From: Polyangiales bacterium
Lineage (GTDB): Bacteria; Myxococcota_A; Polyangia; Polyangiales; Ga0077539
Reading direction: 5' to 3'
NCBI GenBank assembly: GCA_044229975.1
Contig: JBGARZ010000012.1
Location: 64,001 to 128,000 of the forward strand
Length of the DNA stretch: 64,000 nt
Positions 12,946 to 22,663 of this stretch are shown here, piece after piece. The notes below the pieces were generated by a model that saw nothing but the letters and a program-made list of their open reading frames with translations, was not told where the DNA came from and did no database searches. The translations under genes and the position numbers were made by a program. How positions within the stretch are numbered: position 1 is the stretch's first letter; each line of letters opens with the position of its first letter.

Positions 12946-14339
12946 CACACCGCCACGCCCAGCAGCGCCAGCCACCCTGCGCCCGTCGTCGACGGAGCGC
13001 CCGCCGCGCGACACCCGCAGCCACCCGCCGCCGTCGCCGCCCTCGGTCCGACACCCACGTCCACGGCGCCCGCGTCTGCCTTCGGCACGTCGTCGCTGCC
13101 CGCGTCTTCGATGACGATGACCCCGGTGCCCGCGTCGAGGCTCGCCGGTGGGCGCGGCATCGTCACCGGCGGATCAGACCGCGTCGCCAGGGGCACCGCC
13201 AGCGCCGGGCAGTCGTCGAGGCGATCGGGCGCGCACCTCGTACGAAACGCGATGGTCTGCGCCGTCCCGATGGCGGCGCCTTCGCGCAGCCGGATGGTCG
13301 CCGCGAGCTCGACGCGGTACGCCGTGTCGTAGGCGAGGTCGACCGTCGGGCGGATCAACACGGTGTTGCCGTCGCCCCCGCCGTAGCGCGAGACGTTGAC
13401 GGGCACGGCGGCTCCGTCGGGCCCGAGCAGGCGCACGCCGGCGCGCGTCGTGGCCTCGTCGAGCGCCCACGCGGACGTGACGACGAGGCGCGATTCGATG
13501 TCGTCACGGCCGACGGGGAAGTTCACCTGACCGGGCGCGGGCCAGCTGTACAGCGGCGCGGCGTCGAGCGGCGCGTCGCCCTGCAGGCGCCGCCACAAGA
13601 AGCGCCAGTACGCGCTCGTGGTCGAGACGAGGCGGGGGTAGCTGCCGGGGGTGGCCGGGTCCATGTAGTGCGACGCGGCCCAGGGCATCTCGCGCCAGCG
13701 CGCGGTGTAGAGCGTGTGGCCGAAGCGCACGAGGAAGCGCGTGCCCGCCGACGTGAGGCTGCCCGCTTCGGTGAGAAGCGCGGGCGTGACGGCCGGGCCA
13801 CGGACGTCGGCGTGGATGCCCGGCAACTCGTTGACCCAGAAGACCCCGTCGGCCTCGCTGGTGACGCCGTGCTCGACGACGAGCCACGTGTCGGAGCCGA
13901 TGTCGAGGTTGTTGGTGGTGCGGTCGTACTGCTCGGCGCGCGCCCCGAAGTACTGGTCGAAGGTCTGGTCGGTCATGGAGTGCGCGGCGCATCCCATGAG
14001 GAAGGCCACGTGCCGACGCGCGTCGGCGCTGCGGTACCCCTCGGCGGCGTAGCGCGTGCGAATCCATTGCAGGTACGGCTCGGTCCAGCTCTCCCAGTGG
14101 GCCCACTCGCCGTACGGGTGACGCACCGAGTAGCCAGAGTCGGGGTAGATCGCGCCGTTCTGGATGACCGACCGCAACGCCGGGTCGGTCACGATGTCGC
14201 GCAGCGGCCCGGGCTCGATCTGCGTGATGGACTGTTCGGCCACCCAGACGTGGGTGACCATGCTGTTGCCCGCCGCCGGGAGCGCGTGGGCCAGCAGCGC
14301 GAGGGTGAGCGGAGCGAGCGCCCGGACGCGGTGGTTCAT
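12888..14339 (-). CDS. Secreted zinc-dependent phospholipase C/S1-P1-like protein with Ig-like domain and MYXO-CTERM-like tail
   Basis: Signal peptide, N-terminal TH, GAIYPDSGY, GEWAHW, AAHSMTD, Big_5-like region (IRPTVDLAYDTAYRVEL), GGCGCR + TM tail. Confidence 0.65.
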   Translation of the reverse strand: MNHRVRALAPLTLALLAHALPAAGNSMVTHVWVAEQSITQIEPGPLRDIVTDPALRSVIQNGAIYPDSGYSVRHPYGEWAHWESWTEPYLQWIRTRYAAEGYRSADARRHVAFLMGCAAHSMTDQTFDQYFGARAEQYDRTTNNLDIGSDTWLVVEHGVTSEADGVFWVNELPGIHADVRGPAVTPALLTEAGSLTSAGTRFLVRFGHTLYTARWREMPWAASHYMDPATPGSYPRLVSTTSAYWRFLWRRLQGDAPLDAAPLYSWPAPGQVNFPVGRDDIESRLVVTSAWALDEATTRAGVRLLGPDGAAVPVNVSRYGGGDGNTVLIRPTVDLAYDTAYRVELAATIRLREGAAIGTAQTIAFRTRCAPDRLDDCPALAVPLATRSDPPVTMPRPPASLDAGTGVIVIEDAGSDDVPKADAGAVDVGVGPRAATAAGGCGCRAAGAPSTTGAGWLALLGVAVWVQSIVRRWGSGVGPHPRQ

Positions 14340-14529
14340 CGCCGCGGAGTCTCGCATCGGGTTCGACGCGGTGTCACCGGCCGCGCGTGACATCGGCGGG
14401 GCACGCGGCGGCACGGGCCTCGCGGGAGGTCGGCGCGCCCCGTCCGAGCGCTGGAATTGTGCTCAATTGACGCTCAATCCTGCGGCGGCGCGCGCCGCGC
14501 CGTGACCCGACGTCGGTACGGTCGCAGCG

Positions 14530-15705
14530 ATGAGCGCGACGCCCACGACCGACCCGCCAACCACCGACGAAGCACCTCCGACGCGTCGGAAGATCCCGCT
14601 GCCGCGACCGCTCTGGGCGGCGGTGGTGCTCGGTCTGGTGATGGTGGTGCTCGCGCTCGTCGGTCGGCGCGCGACGCTGCGCGGTCGCGAGGCCGAGGCC
14701 CACGCGGCGCGGTCGGTGCGAACGGCCATCAACCCGCGCATGGGCGTGCAGAGCGTCGACCCGCTGGGCCACGGGGAGCACACCAGCGGGCCGCGGCGGG
14801 TCTACGTGGGAGCGTACGCGTTCAACGTCCCGCACCTCGACCTGTCGAGCAACGCGTACCTCGTGGACTTCTGGCTCTGGTTTCGCTGGCACGGCGACGA
14901 CATCGACCCGACGCGAACCTACGAGTTCATGAACCTCTACGAAGGCTGGGACGTGCTGCGGCAGCCCATCTACACCGACGAGTCCAACAACCCGCGCGCC
15001 GAGTCGCTCGGGGATGGGTGGCGCTACCAGGTGTTTCATGTGCAGGCGCGCTTCGGGCGGCCCTTCGACGTGCGCGCGTACCCCTTCGACACGCAGCAGC
15101 TCGTCATCGCCATCGAGGACGGCGATCAGACCACCAGCGACATGATCTACGTGCCCGACCCTGGGACCACCGCGGTCGATCCGCAGCTCCAGATCCCCGG
15201 TTGGATCCTCGACCGCGTGACGGCCACGACGAGCGAGACGGTGTACCCGACCAACTTCGGCGACCCGCGCCGCCCGGTCGGCGCCGACCGCTACGCGCGC
15301 TTCTCGTACACGATGCACCTGCGCCGCCCGGTGGTGGGCTACCTCGCGACGACGCTGCTCCCCATCGCCATCGTGATGCTCATCACGCTGGTGGTGTTCA
15401 TGATCCCGTTTCGCTACTTCGAGGGGCGGCTGGGCCTGGGCATCACCAGCCTCATCTCCGCGGTCGCGCTCCAGCTCACGGCCGCGGGCGACCTGCCCAA
15501 GACCGGCTACCTCGTGCTGCTCGATCACGTCTACAACCTCTGCTACCTCGTGATCTTCATCGCGACGGTGGAGAGCGTGGTGGTGGTTCGCATCGGCGAC
15601 GGGGGCGACGAGGACACCGCGCGCACCGTCGACCGTCTGGCCGCGGTGCTCTCGGCGGTGGTCTTCTTCGGCGGGACGGCGGCGCTGGTCTTCGCCGCGC
15701 GCTGA
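14530..15705 (+). CDS. Prokaryotic pentameric ligand-gated ion channel (Cys-loop/Pro-loop superfamily)
   Basis: DFWLWFRW, FDVRAYPFDTQQL Pro-loop, IPGW, LRR before M1, four C-terminal TM helices, LPKTGYL M2-M3 loop. Confidence 0.85.
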   Translation: MSATPTTDPPTTDEAPPTRRKIPLPRPLWAAVVLGLVMVVLALVGRRATLRGREAEAHAARSVRTAINPRMGVQSVDPLGHGEHTSGPRRVYVGAYAFNVPHLDLSSNAYLVDFWLWFRWHGDDIDPTRTYEFMNLYEGWDVLRQPIYTDESNNPRAESLGDGWRYQVFHVQARFGRPFDVRAYPFDTQQLVIAIEDGDQTTSDMIYVPDPGTTAVDPQLQIPGWILDRVTATTSETVYPTNFGDPRRPVGADRYARFSYTMHLRRPVVGYLATTLLPIAIVMLITLVVFMIPFRYFEGRLGLGITSLISAVALQLTAAGDLPKTGYLVLLDHVYNLCYLVIFIATVESVVVVRIGDGGDEDTARTVDRLAAVLSAVVFFGGTAALVFAAR

Positions 15706-15863
15706 CCGGGCGCTGCGCTGGTGGGACTGCCTGCCCTCGCCCTCCGCCTCACGTTGCTCTCGCTTGCGCGGGCGGCGGGTGTTGCCGGTGCGTCAGGGCT
15801 GCGGGTGGGACAACACGATGGGCGCGGGCGCGCTCGACGAAAGCGCGATGGAGGGTCGTCAGT

Positions 15864-18392
15864 TCATGAGCCGCCGCCGGTGTTGCCCGACAGCTCGGCC
15901 AGCTCGCGACGAGCCCGCTCGCTCGCCTCGGTCGACCGCGTCTGCCGCCGCAGCGAGTGCAGCGACCCGCGGTCGAGCAGCACCCTGAACCCGCGGAACG
16001 CCATGTCCCGCTTGTACGCGTCGCTGCCGAGGGCCGCCTCGCGCATGAACCGCCGCACGTCGAGCGCGCTCGCGCCCATCGCGTTGTCCCACCCGCTGCG
16101 CAGGCGCGTCGTCATCCAGCTCGTGGCCCAGGTGTAGTGACGGTTCGCCTTGCCCGTCTCCAGGATGCCCGCGACCTCGATGCGCCGAAACGCCCGGCCG
16201 TCCTCGAACATCGCCGCCGTCAACGGCAGGAGCGACCAGTTCTCCTGCACCGTGGCGTTGTTGGCGCCGCCGGTCGCGCCGCGCGGCGCAAACTCGTTCT
16301 GGAGCATGCCGCCGAGCTCGTCGTTGGTCGCCAGCACGTCGACCAGCGCGTGCGCCGCCCGCGCGTTGCCGCCCAGCACCACCGCGATGGCCGCCGCGAA
16401 GCGCACGCTCGCGTCCTGCGCCTCCGTCGACTGGATCAGCGGGATGAGCGCGTCGCTCGTCGCGTCGTTGGCCCCGAAGCCCGCCGCGATGGCCGCGCCC
16501 TTCATGATGTCGGGGTTGACCCCGCGGCGCAGGTACGTCTGCACCAGCCGCGTGGCGATCTCCGGCGTGCACCGGCCGCGCAGCGCGTAGATGTAGAAGA
16601 TGCGCGCCTCTTCGGGGAGGTGCGTGTCGGTGGCCTTCGCCGCCATGTCCGCGAGCGCCGCGTCGTCGGCGATGGCGGCCAGGGTGTAGCCCGCCTCCTC
16701 GCGCAGCGAGCGGCGGTCGGTGGCGTCTTCCACGATGCGCCGCAGGGCGGTCACCGCGGAGGCGCGCGTCGCGGGGGCGACGGGCGTCGCGCCGTACGAG
16801 AGCCACGCGAGCGCGCGGATGGCCGTGCGCCGCGAGTTGAGCACCGGCTCGTCGATGACCGTCTCCTCGACCATGTGCAGGTTGGCCGGCTGCCGAACCA
16901 TCGGCAGCACGCGGCCCGCGCAGTCGGGGTGGTGCAGCGCGCAGAGGGCCACCGCGGCGCCCTCCATCGCGTCGGGCTGCGAGAGAAACGGCAGCACCAC
17001 GCTCGCCACCGCGGGGTCGCCCGCGCGCGAGAGGGCGATGATGGAGGGCGTTCGCACGAAGTCGCCGTGCGGGTCGCGGATCATCGCGAGCAGCCCGTCC
17101 TTCGCGCGCGCCGAGGCGCCCGGCACGGTGCGGATGAGCTCCAGCGCCTGCTTGGCCTCGGCGGTGGAGTTGGTGTCCATGTGCGTGAGCGCGTTGGTCG
17201 CGTACGCCATGAGCCCGTCGACCGCCCGCGCGTCGCCGATCTCCGCGAGGCCGAAGACCGCGTTGCGCTTCATGGCCACGGAGACCTCGTCGGTGCCCGT
17301 CGACGCGACGCCCAGCGCCTCGAAGAGCGCGTCGCCTCCGTCGGGGTCGCGCTGCTCGCGCAGGAGCCGCGTGGCCATGGCGCGCGTCGGGAGGTCCTGC
17401 GCGCCGTGGATGATGACCGCGAGGCCCGGGGCGCCGGAGCTCACCGCCAGCGCCGACAGGACGCTGTCGCGCTCGTTGGGGTTGGCGTTGAGGTAGCGGA
17501 CGAGCGGCTCGGCGGCGCGCTGGTCGCCGGTGCGACCGAGCCCGATGGCGGCCTCGCGAGAGACGCTCGGGTCGCGGTCGGCCACGAGGAGCACCAGGTC
17601 GTCGAGCACCTCGGGCGTTCCGATTTCGGAGAGCGAGAGCGCGGCGAGGCGGCGCGAGACGAGCTCGCGGGAGGTGACGAGCTCGTGCAGGTGCTCGCGG
17701 CCCGCCATGCGGGCGACGAGGGCCGGGTCGAAGATGCGGCGGCCATCGAGGTTGGTGATGGCCTGGAGCTTGTTCTGTTCGAGGAGGGTGCGAACCATCG
17801 GCCAGGCTTGCGGCTCTTGCAGCACGACGAGCGCCCAGGCGACTTCGAGCCGCTCGGTCACCGGGTCGGCCGTGGGCAGCACCGCGAGCAGCGCCGACTT
17901 TGCCGAAGCGGCCGCGGGCAACCCGATTTCCGCGAGCCCGAGGGCGGCCTGCTTGCGACCGGCGCCCGGCTCGGCGAGGCCCTCGATGAGCATCGGCACC
18001 GACTCCGGGTCGGCGAGCTGCGCGAGCAGACGACGCGCCGCCTGACGAACGCCGCGGGTGTGATAGCGGCCGTACAGCTCGCGCACGAGGCGCGCGGTCT
18101 CGGCGTTGGAGAGGTTGCGCTCGGTGATGGCGGTGAGCTCGGCGCGACCGCGGGTGAGGTCTTGCTCCTCGGTGGCCTGCTGCTGGGCGGAGTTGACCAT
18201 GTAGTACCCGGTGCCGCCGCCGACGCCGAGGACGGCGACGATGGCGAGCCATCCGACGGGGCTCACGCGGCGGTTGATGCGACGCGCTGCCTCGTCGTCG
18301 CTGACCAGTTCTCTCCCGTTGTCCGACGGCTCGTCGGGCACGTCAGGAACATCGGGAAGGTCGTCGGTGGAGCCCGGGTCGCTCTGTCGCAT
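15864..18392 (-). CDS. Membrane-anchored HEAT-repeat protein (842 aa)
   Basis: N-terminal TM; repeated VSREAAIGLGRTGD / AVFGLAEIGDARAV-type HEAT units. Confidence 0.8.
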   Translation of the reverse strand: MRQSDPGSTDDLPDVPDVPDEPSDNGRELVSDDEAARRINRRVSPVGWLAIVAVLGVGGGTGYYMVNSAQQQATEEQDLTRGRAELTAITERNLSNAETARLVRELYGRYHTRGVRQAARRLLAQLADPESVPMLIEGLAEPGAGRKQAALGLAEIGLPAAASAKSALLAVLPTADPVTERLEVAWALVVLQEPQAWPMVRTLLEQNKLQAITNLDGRRIFDPALVARMAGREHLHELVTSRELVSRRLAALSLSEIGTPEVLDDLVLLVADRDPSVSREAAIGLGRTGDQRAAEPLVRYLNANPNERDSVLSALAVSSGAPGLAVIIHGAQDLPTRAMATRLLREQRDPDGGDALFEALGVASTGTDEVSVAMKRNAVFGLAEIGDARAVDGLMAYATNALTHMDTNSTAEAKQALELIRTVPGASARAKDGLLAMIRDPHGDFVRTPSIIALSRAGDPAVASVVLPFLSQPDAMEGAAVALCALHHPDCAGRVLPMVRQPANLHMVEETVIDEPVLNSRRTAIRALAWLSYGATPVAPATRASAVTALRRIVEDATDRRSLREEAGYTLAAIADDAALADMAAKATDTHLPEEARIFYIYALRGRCTPEIATRLVQTYLRRGVNPDIMKGAAIAAGFGANDATSDALIPLIQSTEAQDASVRFAAAIAVVLGGNARAAHALVDVLATNDELGGMLQNEFAPRGATGGANNATVQENWSLLPLTAAMFEDGRAFRRIEVAGILETGKANRHYTWATSWMTTRLRSGWDNAMGASALDVRRFMREAALGSDAYKRDMAFRGFRVLLDRGSLHSLRRQTRSTEASERARRELAELSGNTGGGS

Positions 18393-18442
18393 GATGGGTA
18401 CGGTCCCTCGTTGCCGCAGGAATTTGGCGCGCGGACTCTAGA

Positions 18443-19057
18443 TCAGCCGCGCTGGCGATTACAACCAGCCATGAGCCGCTCGTAGAGCCCCGCGACCTGC
18501 GCCTCCAGCGCCGCCCGATCGCCCGAGTTGTCGACCACCTCCGTCGCCACCGCGACCTTCTTCTCCAGCGGCCACTGCGCGTCCATGCGCGCCTGCGCCG
18601 CCGCCTCGTCGATGCCGTCGCGGGCCATGAGCCGCGCCCGCTGCACCTCCGGCCGCGCCGTCACCACGATCAATCCCCCGAGCGACTTGTGCACCCCGTT
18701 TTCCACCAGCAGCGCCGCTTCGTACACCACGAGCTCGTGCCCCTCCGCCCCGAGCGCCATGAAGCGCTCGGCGCTCCACTGCCCGATGCGCGGGTGCAAG
18801 AGCCCGTTGAGCTTCTTCCGCGCCGCTTCGTCTCCAAACACGCGCTCGCCCAGCGCCTTGCGGTCGAGCGTCCCGTCCGCCGCGAGCACGCCTTCACCGA
18901 ACTCCGCCACCACCGCCGCGAGCCCTTCGCTCCCCGGCGCCACCACCTCGCGCGCCCCCAGGTCGGCGTCGACCACCGCCACGCCCCGCGCCGCCAGCAG
19001 CGCCGCTACGGCGCTCTTCCCACACGCGATGCCGCCCGTCAGACCGATGACCACCAT
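18443..19057 (-). CDS. coaE: Dephospho-CoA kinase
   Basis: IGLTGGIACGKS, VDAD, LDRKALG..VF, HPRI, RLMARDG. Confidence 0.95.
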   Translation of the reverse strand: MVVIGLTGGIACGKSAVAALLAARGVAVVDADLGAREVVAPGSEGLAAVVAEFGEGVLAADGTLDRKALGERVFGDEAARKKLNGLLHPRIGQWSAERFMALGAEGHELVVYEAALLVENGVHKSLGGLIVVTARPEVQRARLMARDGIDEAAAQARMDAQWPLEKKVAVATEVVDNSGDRAALEAQVAGLYERLMAGCNRQRG

Positions 19058-19133
19058 GCGCCCAGTGGTACCGCACTCGCGCGATTCTCGCGTTGCGACC
19101 GCACCCGACGCTACGGTGCTCGCCGCAACTCCG

Positions 19134-20135
19134 GTGAGCGACCCGACGGACCAGAAGCCAGCCAGTCAGGTGATCCACGTCGACTTCGGCCGCGGCCGTC
19201 GCGTCGAGGACGAGGTGCGCCGCCCGCCCCCGAGCGAACCCACCGGAACCGAGACCGTCGCGCGGCTCTTCTCCGCCCGCGAGGTCGCCGAGATCCTCAA
19301 GCTCCGCCCCGGCCGCCTCGCGAGCTGGGAGCGCATGGGCATCGTGGCCCCGAGCGCCCGCGTCGGACACCGTCGGGCGTACACCTTTGCGGACGTTCTT
19401 GCGGCGCGCACCACCCGCCGCCTCGTCGACGCGGGCGTGTCGCTCCGGGTGATTCGCCGCGCGGTGGACTCGCTCCGCACCACCGAACCCGGCATGGCGC
19501 AGCCGGTCACCGACGCCCGCCTCGGGGCCGAAGGCAACCAGCTCATCGCGCGGCAGGACGGCGTTCGCTTCGACCCGGTGACGGGGCAGCGGCTGCTCGA
19601 CTTCGAGGTCGACGCCCTGCGCGAAGACGTCGTCCGAACCCTACGCCCGCAGCCCTCCAAGCGGCAGCGCGACGCCTACGCCCACTACCTCGAAGGGCTG
19701 CGCCTCGACGAAGAAGAGACCACCCGCGGTCGCGCCGAGGAGGCGTACCGCAAGGCCATCGACCTCGACCCGCGTCTGGCGACGGCGCTCACCAACCTGG
19801 GCAATCTGCGGCTCGTGGCGGGCGATCGCGCCGAGGCGGAGTCCATGTACCGACGCGCGCTGGCCGCCGACCCCTCGCAGGCCGAGGCGCCGTACAACCT
19901 CGCGTATCTGCTCGTGGAGCGGGGGTCGCATCACGAGGCGGTTCCGTTGTTCGAGCGGGCGCTGTCGCTGAAGCCCGACTTCGCGGAGGCGCACTTCAAC
20001 CTCGCGATGGCCCTCACCGAGCTCGGTCGCAAGGAGCGCGCGCGGGACCACTGGAAGCGCTACCTCGCCCTCGACCCGTCGGGCGCGTGGGCGGGCGTCG
20101 CGCGGCAGCACCTCAAGGGCGACCCCGCGGAGTAG
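19134..20135 (+). CDS. MerR-type HTH + TPR-repeat protein
   Basis: FSAREVAEIL...WERMGIV.P...RAYTFADV HTH followed by TPRs (ALTNLGNL, APYNLAYL, AHFNLAMAL); GTG start chosen inside a longer ORF. Confidence 0.8.
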   Translation: MSDPTDQKPASQVIHVDFGRGRRVEDEVRRPPPSEPTGTETVARLFSAREVAEILKLRPGRLASWERMGIVAPSARVGHRRAYTFADVLAARTTRRLVDAGVSLRVIRRAVDSLRTTEPGMAQPVTDARLGAEGNQLIARQDGVRFDPVTGQRLLDFEVDALREDVVRTLRPQPSKRQRDAYAHYLEGLRLDEEETTRGRAEEAYRKAIDLDPRLATALTNLGNLRLVAGDRAEAESMYRRALAADPSQAEAPYNLAYLLVERGSHHEAVPLFERALSLKPDFAEAHFNLAMALTELGRKERARDHWKRYLALDPSGAWAGVARQHLKGDPAE

Positions 20136-20978
20136 TCACGTCACGGCGAAGGACTTCACCAGCGCCTTCATCAACGCGACGACGCGCGGGTTGCGGCGCT
20201 GATCGGGGTGGGTGAGGAGCCAGGCGGTGCGTTCGAGGTGGGCGACGGAGGCGCGGTGCGCGGTGAGCTCGACGAGGTCGGGGTTGGGCTCGGCGAGCAG
20301 GCGCGGGAGGAGGCCGAGGCCCACGCCGCGGGCGACGAGGGTGACGACGGCGTCGAAGGGCGCGCTGGTGGCGACGGGGGTGGCGTGCTCGCGCTCCCAG
20401 GCGGCTTCGGGCGACGAGCGCTCGGCGGCGCCGCGGACGACCCACACGGGCGCGGGCTGGCGGGCGATGGCCTCACGAGTCCCGAAGACGCCGAAGGGGA
20501 GGCGACGGAGGCGGCGGCCCCAGCAGCCGGTGGGCGGGCGGTTCATGATGCCGATGGCGAGGTCGACCTCGCGGTCGCGCACGCTGGGGCCGCTGTCGCC
20601 GAGGTGCAGCGAGACGCGCAGCGGGTGCTTCGCGGTGAGCTCGGCGATGGGCTCGACGAGGAAGGGCAGCAACGACTCGACGGTGGTGAGGCTGACCTCA
20701 CCGGCGAGGTCGGTGTCGCGCGCGCGGATGGCGCCGGTGGCGTCGGCGAGGGAGCGGCGGGTCTGTCGACCGACGCGCGCGAGGGAGGCGCCCACCTCGG
20801 TGAGCGCGGTGTCGCCGGCGCCGCGGACGATGCACGGCTGACCGACGGCGGCTTCGAGGGCCGAGATGCGGCGGTAGACCGTGGACGCGGAGAGCCCGAG
20901 CTCGCGGGCGGCCCCGCCGACGCTGCCGGTGCGCTCGACGGCTTCGAGGTAGCGAACGTCGTCCCAGACGATGCTCAT
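20136..20978 (-). CDS. LysR family transcriptional regulator
   Basis: WDDVRYLEAVERTGSVGGAARELGLSASTVYRRISALE HTH; REVDLAI substrate-binding domain. Confidence 0.9.
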   Translation of the reverse strand: MSIVWDDVRYLEAVERTGSVGGAARELGLSASTVYRRISALEAAVGQPCIVRGAGDTALTEVGASLARVGRQTRRSLADATGAIRARDTDLAGEVSLTTVESLLPFLVEPIAELTAKHPLRVSLHLGDSGPSVRDREVDLAIGIMNRPPTGCWGRRLRRLPFGVFGTREAIARQPAPVWVVRGAAERSSPEAAWEREHATPVATSAPFDAVVTLVARGVGLGLLPRLLAEPNPDLVELTAHRASVAHLERTAWLLTHPDQRRNPRVVALMKALVKSFAVT

Positions 20979-21034
20979 CGCGCGGGAGTCTACCCGAAGG
21001 CGGCGGGCGGCACGCCGTACTGTCGCCGGGGCGT

Positions 21035-21469
21035 TCAGGGGTGGGCCCGTCGGTGATGGGTGACGGAGTGCGCGGCCTGGATGGTGATGGAATCGGTCCA
21101 CATCTTGGCGCCGAAGCGGGGCGTCTGGGTGCGGCTGAAGCGGAGGGAGATCTCCTCGTCGCCGCGCGCGAAGACGTAGGTCGGGGTGGCCGGGTCGGCG
21201 TACGGCGACGGCGGGAGCTGCGACCAGCCGGCGTTGTTGAGACGCCCGATGGCGCGCACGGTGGCGGTGTTGAGCTTGTCGGCGCCGCCCCAGTACATGA
21301 GGGTGGCGCGGTCGCCGTACACGTAGCAGACGGGCGCGTCGTCGAGCGCGGCGCCGACGGGTGCGAGCGACGGGGGCAGGGTGCCGTGCTGGTCGCCGCA
21401 GGGGTTGGTGCGGCAGCCGGCGAGCGACGCGAGCGCGACGGCGAGGGCGGTGGCGGTGAGGGCTCTCAT
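21035..21469 (-). CDS. Hypothetical lipoprotein
   Basis: Lipobox SLAGC after a hydrophobic signal; 144 aa. Confidence 0.7.
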   Translation of the reverse strand: MRALTATALAVALASLAGCRTNPCGDQHGTLPPSLAPVGAALDDAPVCYVYGDRATLMYWGGADKLNTATVRAIGRLNNAGWSQLPPSPYADPATPTYVFARGDEEISLRFSRTQTPRFGAKMWTDSITIQAAHSVTHHRRAHP

Positions 21470-21574
21470 GGGCGCCGGGTGTACGCCCGGCGAGGGCGCG
21501 GCGTCTGTTGCAGGAATGCGGATGGGATTGGCAGGGATGCGACCCCCTAAGCCCTTTCGAGGTCGTCGCGCCCC

Positions 21575-22663
21575 TCAGAACGAGACCCGCACCGAGCCCC
21601 CTCCCGTGAACCCGCCCGCCTCCTGCAACCGCGCCCCGTAGCCCACACGCGCCAGCACCGTCAGGTGTCGCCCGAAGTGCCGCCCGCCCTCTGCCAGCAG
21701 CCGTAGGCCCCAGTCGTCGTTGGCGCCCGGCTGGCTCGTGAGCTCGATGCCCGCGCCCAGTGGCGTGTCCCGCGCCGTCTCCCAGCGCATCCACGCCGAC
21801 GCCGTCAGCCCGTAGTTGGTCACCCCCTGAAACCCGAGGCTCACCACCGCGGGCGTCCCCGTCCCGATGTCGAGCCGCACGCCGCCTCCGCCCTGCACCG
21901 CCACCTCGTTGGCGCCCAGCGTCCCGAGCAGGTGCAGCGACAGAACGTCCGCCAGGCGAAACTCCACCGACGCCGTCGCCGCCACGAGCCCCACGTCGCG
22001 CGTGCGCGGACCCTCCGCCGTGCTGCGCGTGGTCACCCCGTCGAGGCGGTCGACCCGCACCGCCACCGAGCGCACCCGCCGATAGAACCGATACCGAACC
22101 TCGCCCCAGAGCGTGTACCAGCGGTCGGGGCACCGCCCGCCCGAGGCCGCGCCGCAGCGCTCGCCGTTGGTGTCCACCGCCGATCCGAAGTCGGTGTACT
22201 CGCCGCCCGCGGTCATCTCCAAGCGACGACCGCGGTTGCGCGTCAGCTCGATCAGCTCGGTCTCGTCGCCCTCCTCCGGGCGCAGCGCCACGCGGTGCGG
22301 CGACGCCTCCGACGCGAAGCTCGCGCGGGTGGTTCCGTCGGTGGTCTCGACCGTCACGTAGTAGTCCAGCCAGCGCGCCGTGATGGGCTGCTCGGGCAGG
22401 TCGACCCGCCACGCCATGGCGTCCCGAACGGCCACCGCCGAGCGCCACGTCGGCGACCCCGACGCGCGCCAACGAACCACGAGACGAGCGACGCGTTCGA
22501 GGTGGCGCACGCCGAAGCGCAGCACCAGCGGCTCGCGGGTGAGCGCGGCCGCGACGGGCGCGTGCTCGATGGTGGGGACGTCGGGCGGCGTCTGCGCGAG
22601 CGCAGGGACACCGACCAGACAGAGCGCGAAGGACAGGGCAACGGATCGCATCGGTTTCCTCAC
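21575..22663 (-). CDS. Secreted / outer-membrane beta-barrel-like hypothetical protein
   Basis: Signal peptide, Ig-like N-terminus, amphipathic strands ending in VRVSF; overlaps upstream stop by 4 bp. Confidence 0.65.
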   Translation of the reverse strand: MRKPMRSVALSFALCLVGVPALAQTPPDVPTIEHAPVAAALTREPLVLRFGVRHLERVARLVVRWRASGSPTWRSAVAVRDAMAWRVDLPEQPITARWLDYYVTVETTDGTTRASFASEASPHRVALRPEEGDETELIELTRNRGRRLEMTAGGEYTDFGSAVDTNGERCGAASGGRCPDRWYTLWGEVRYRFYRRVRSVAVRVDRLDGVTTRSTAEGPRTRDVGLVAATASVEFRLADVLSLHLLGTLGANEVAVQGGGGVRLDIGTGTPAVVSLGFQGVTNYGLTASAWMRWETARDTPLGAGIELTSQPGANDDWGLRLLAEGGRHFGRHLTVLARVGYGARLQEAGGFTGGGSVRVSF

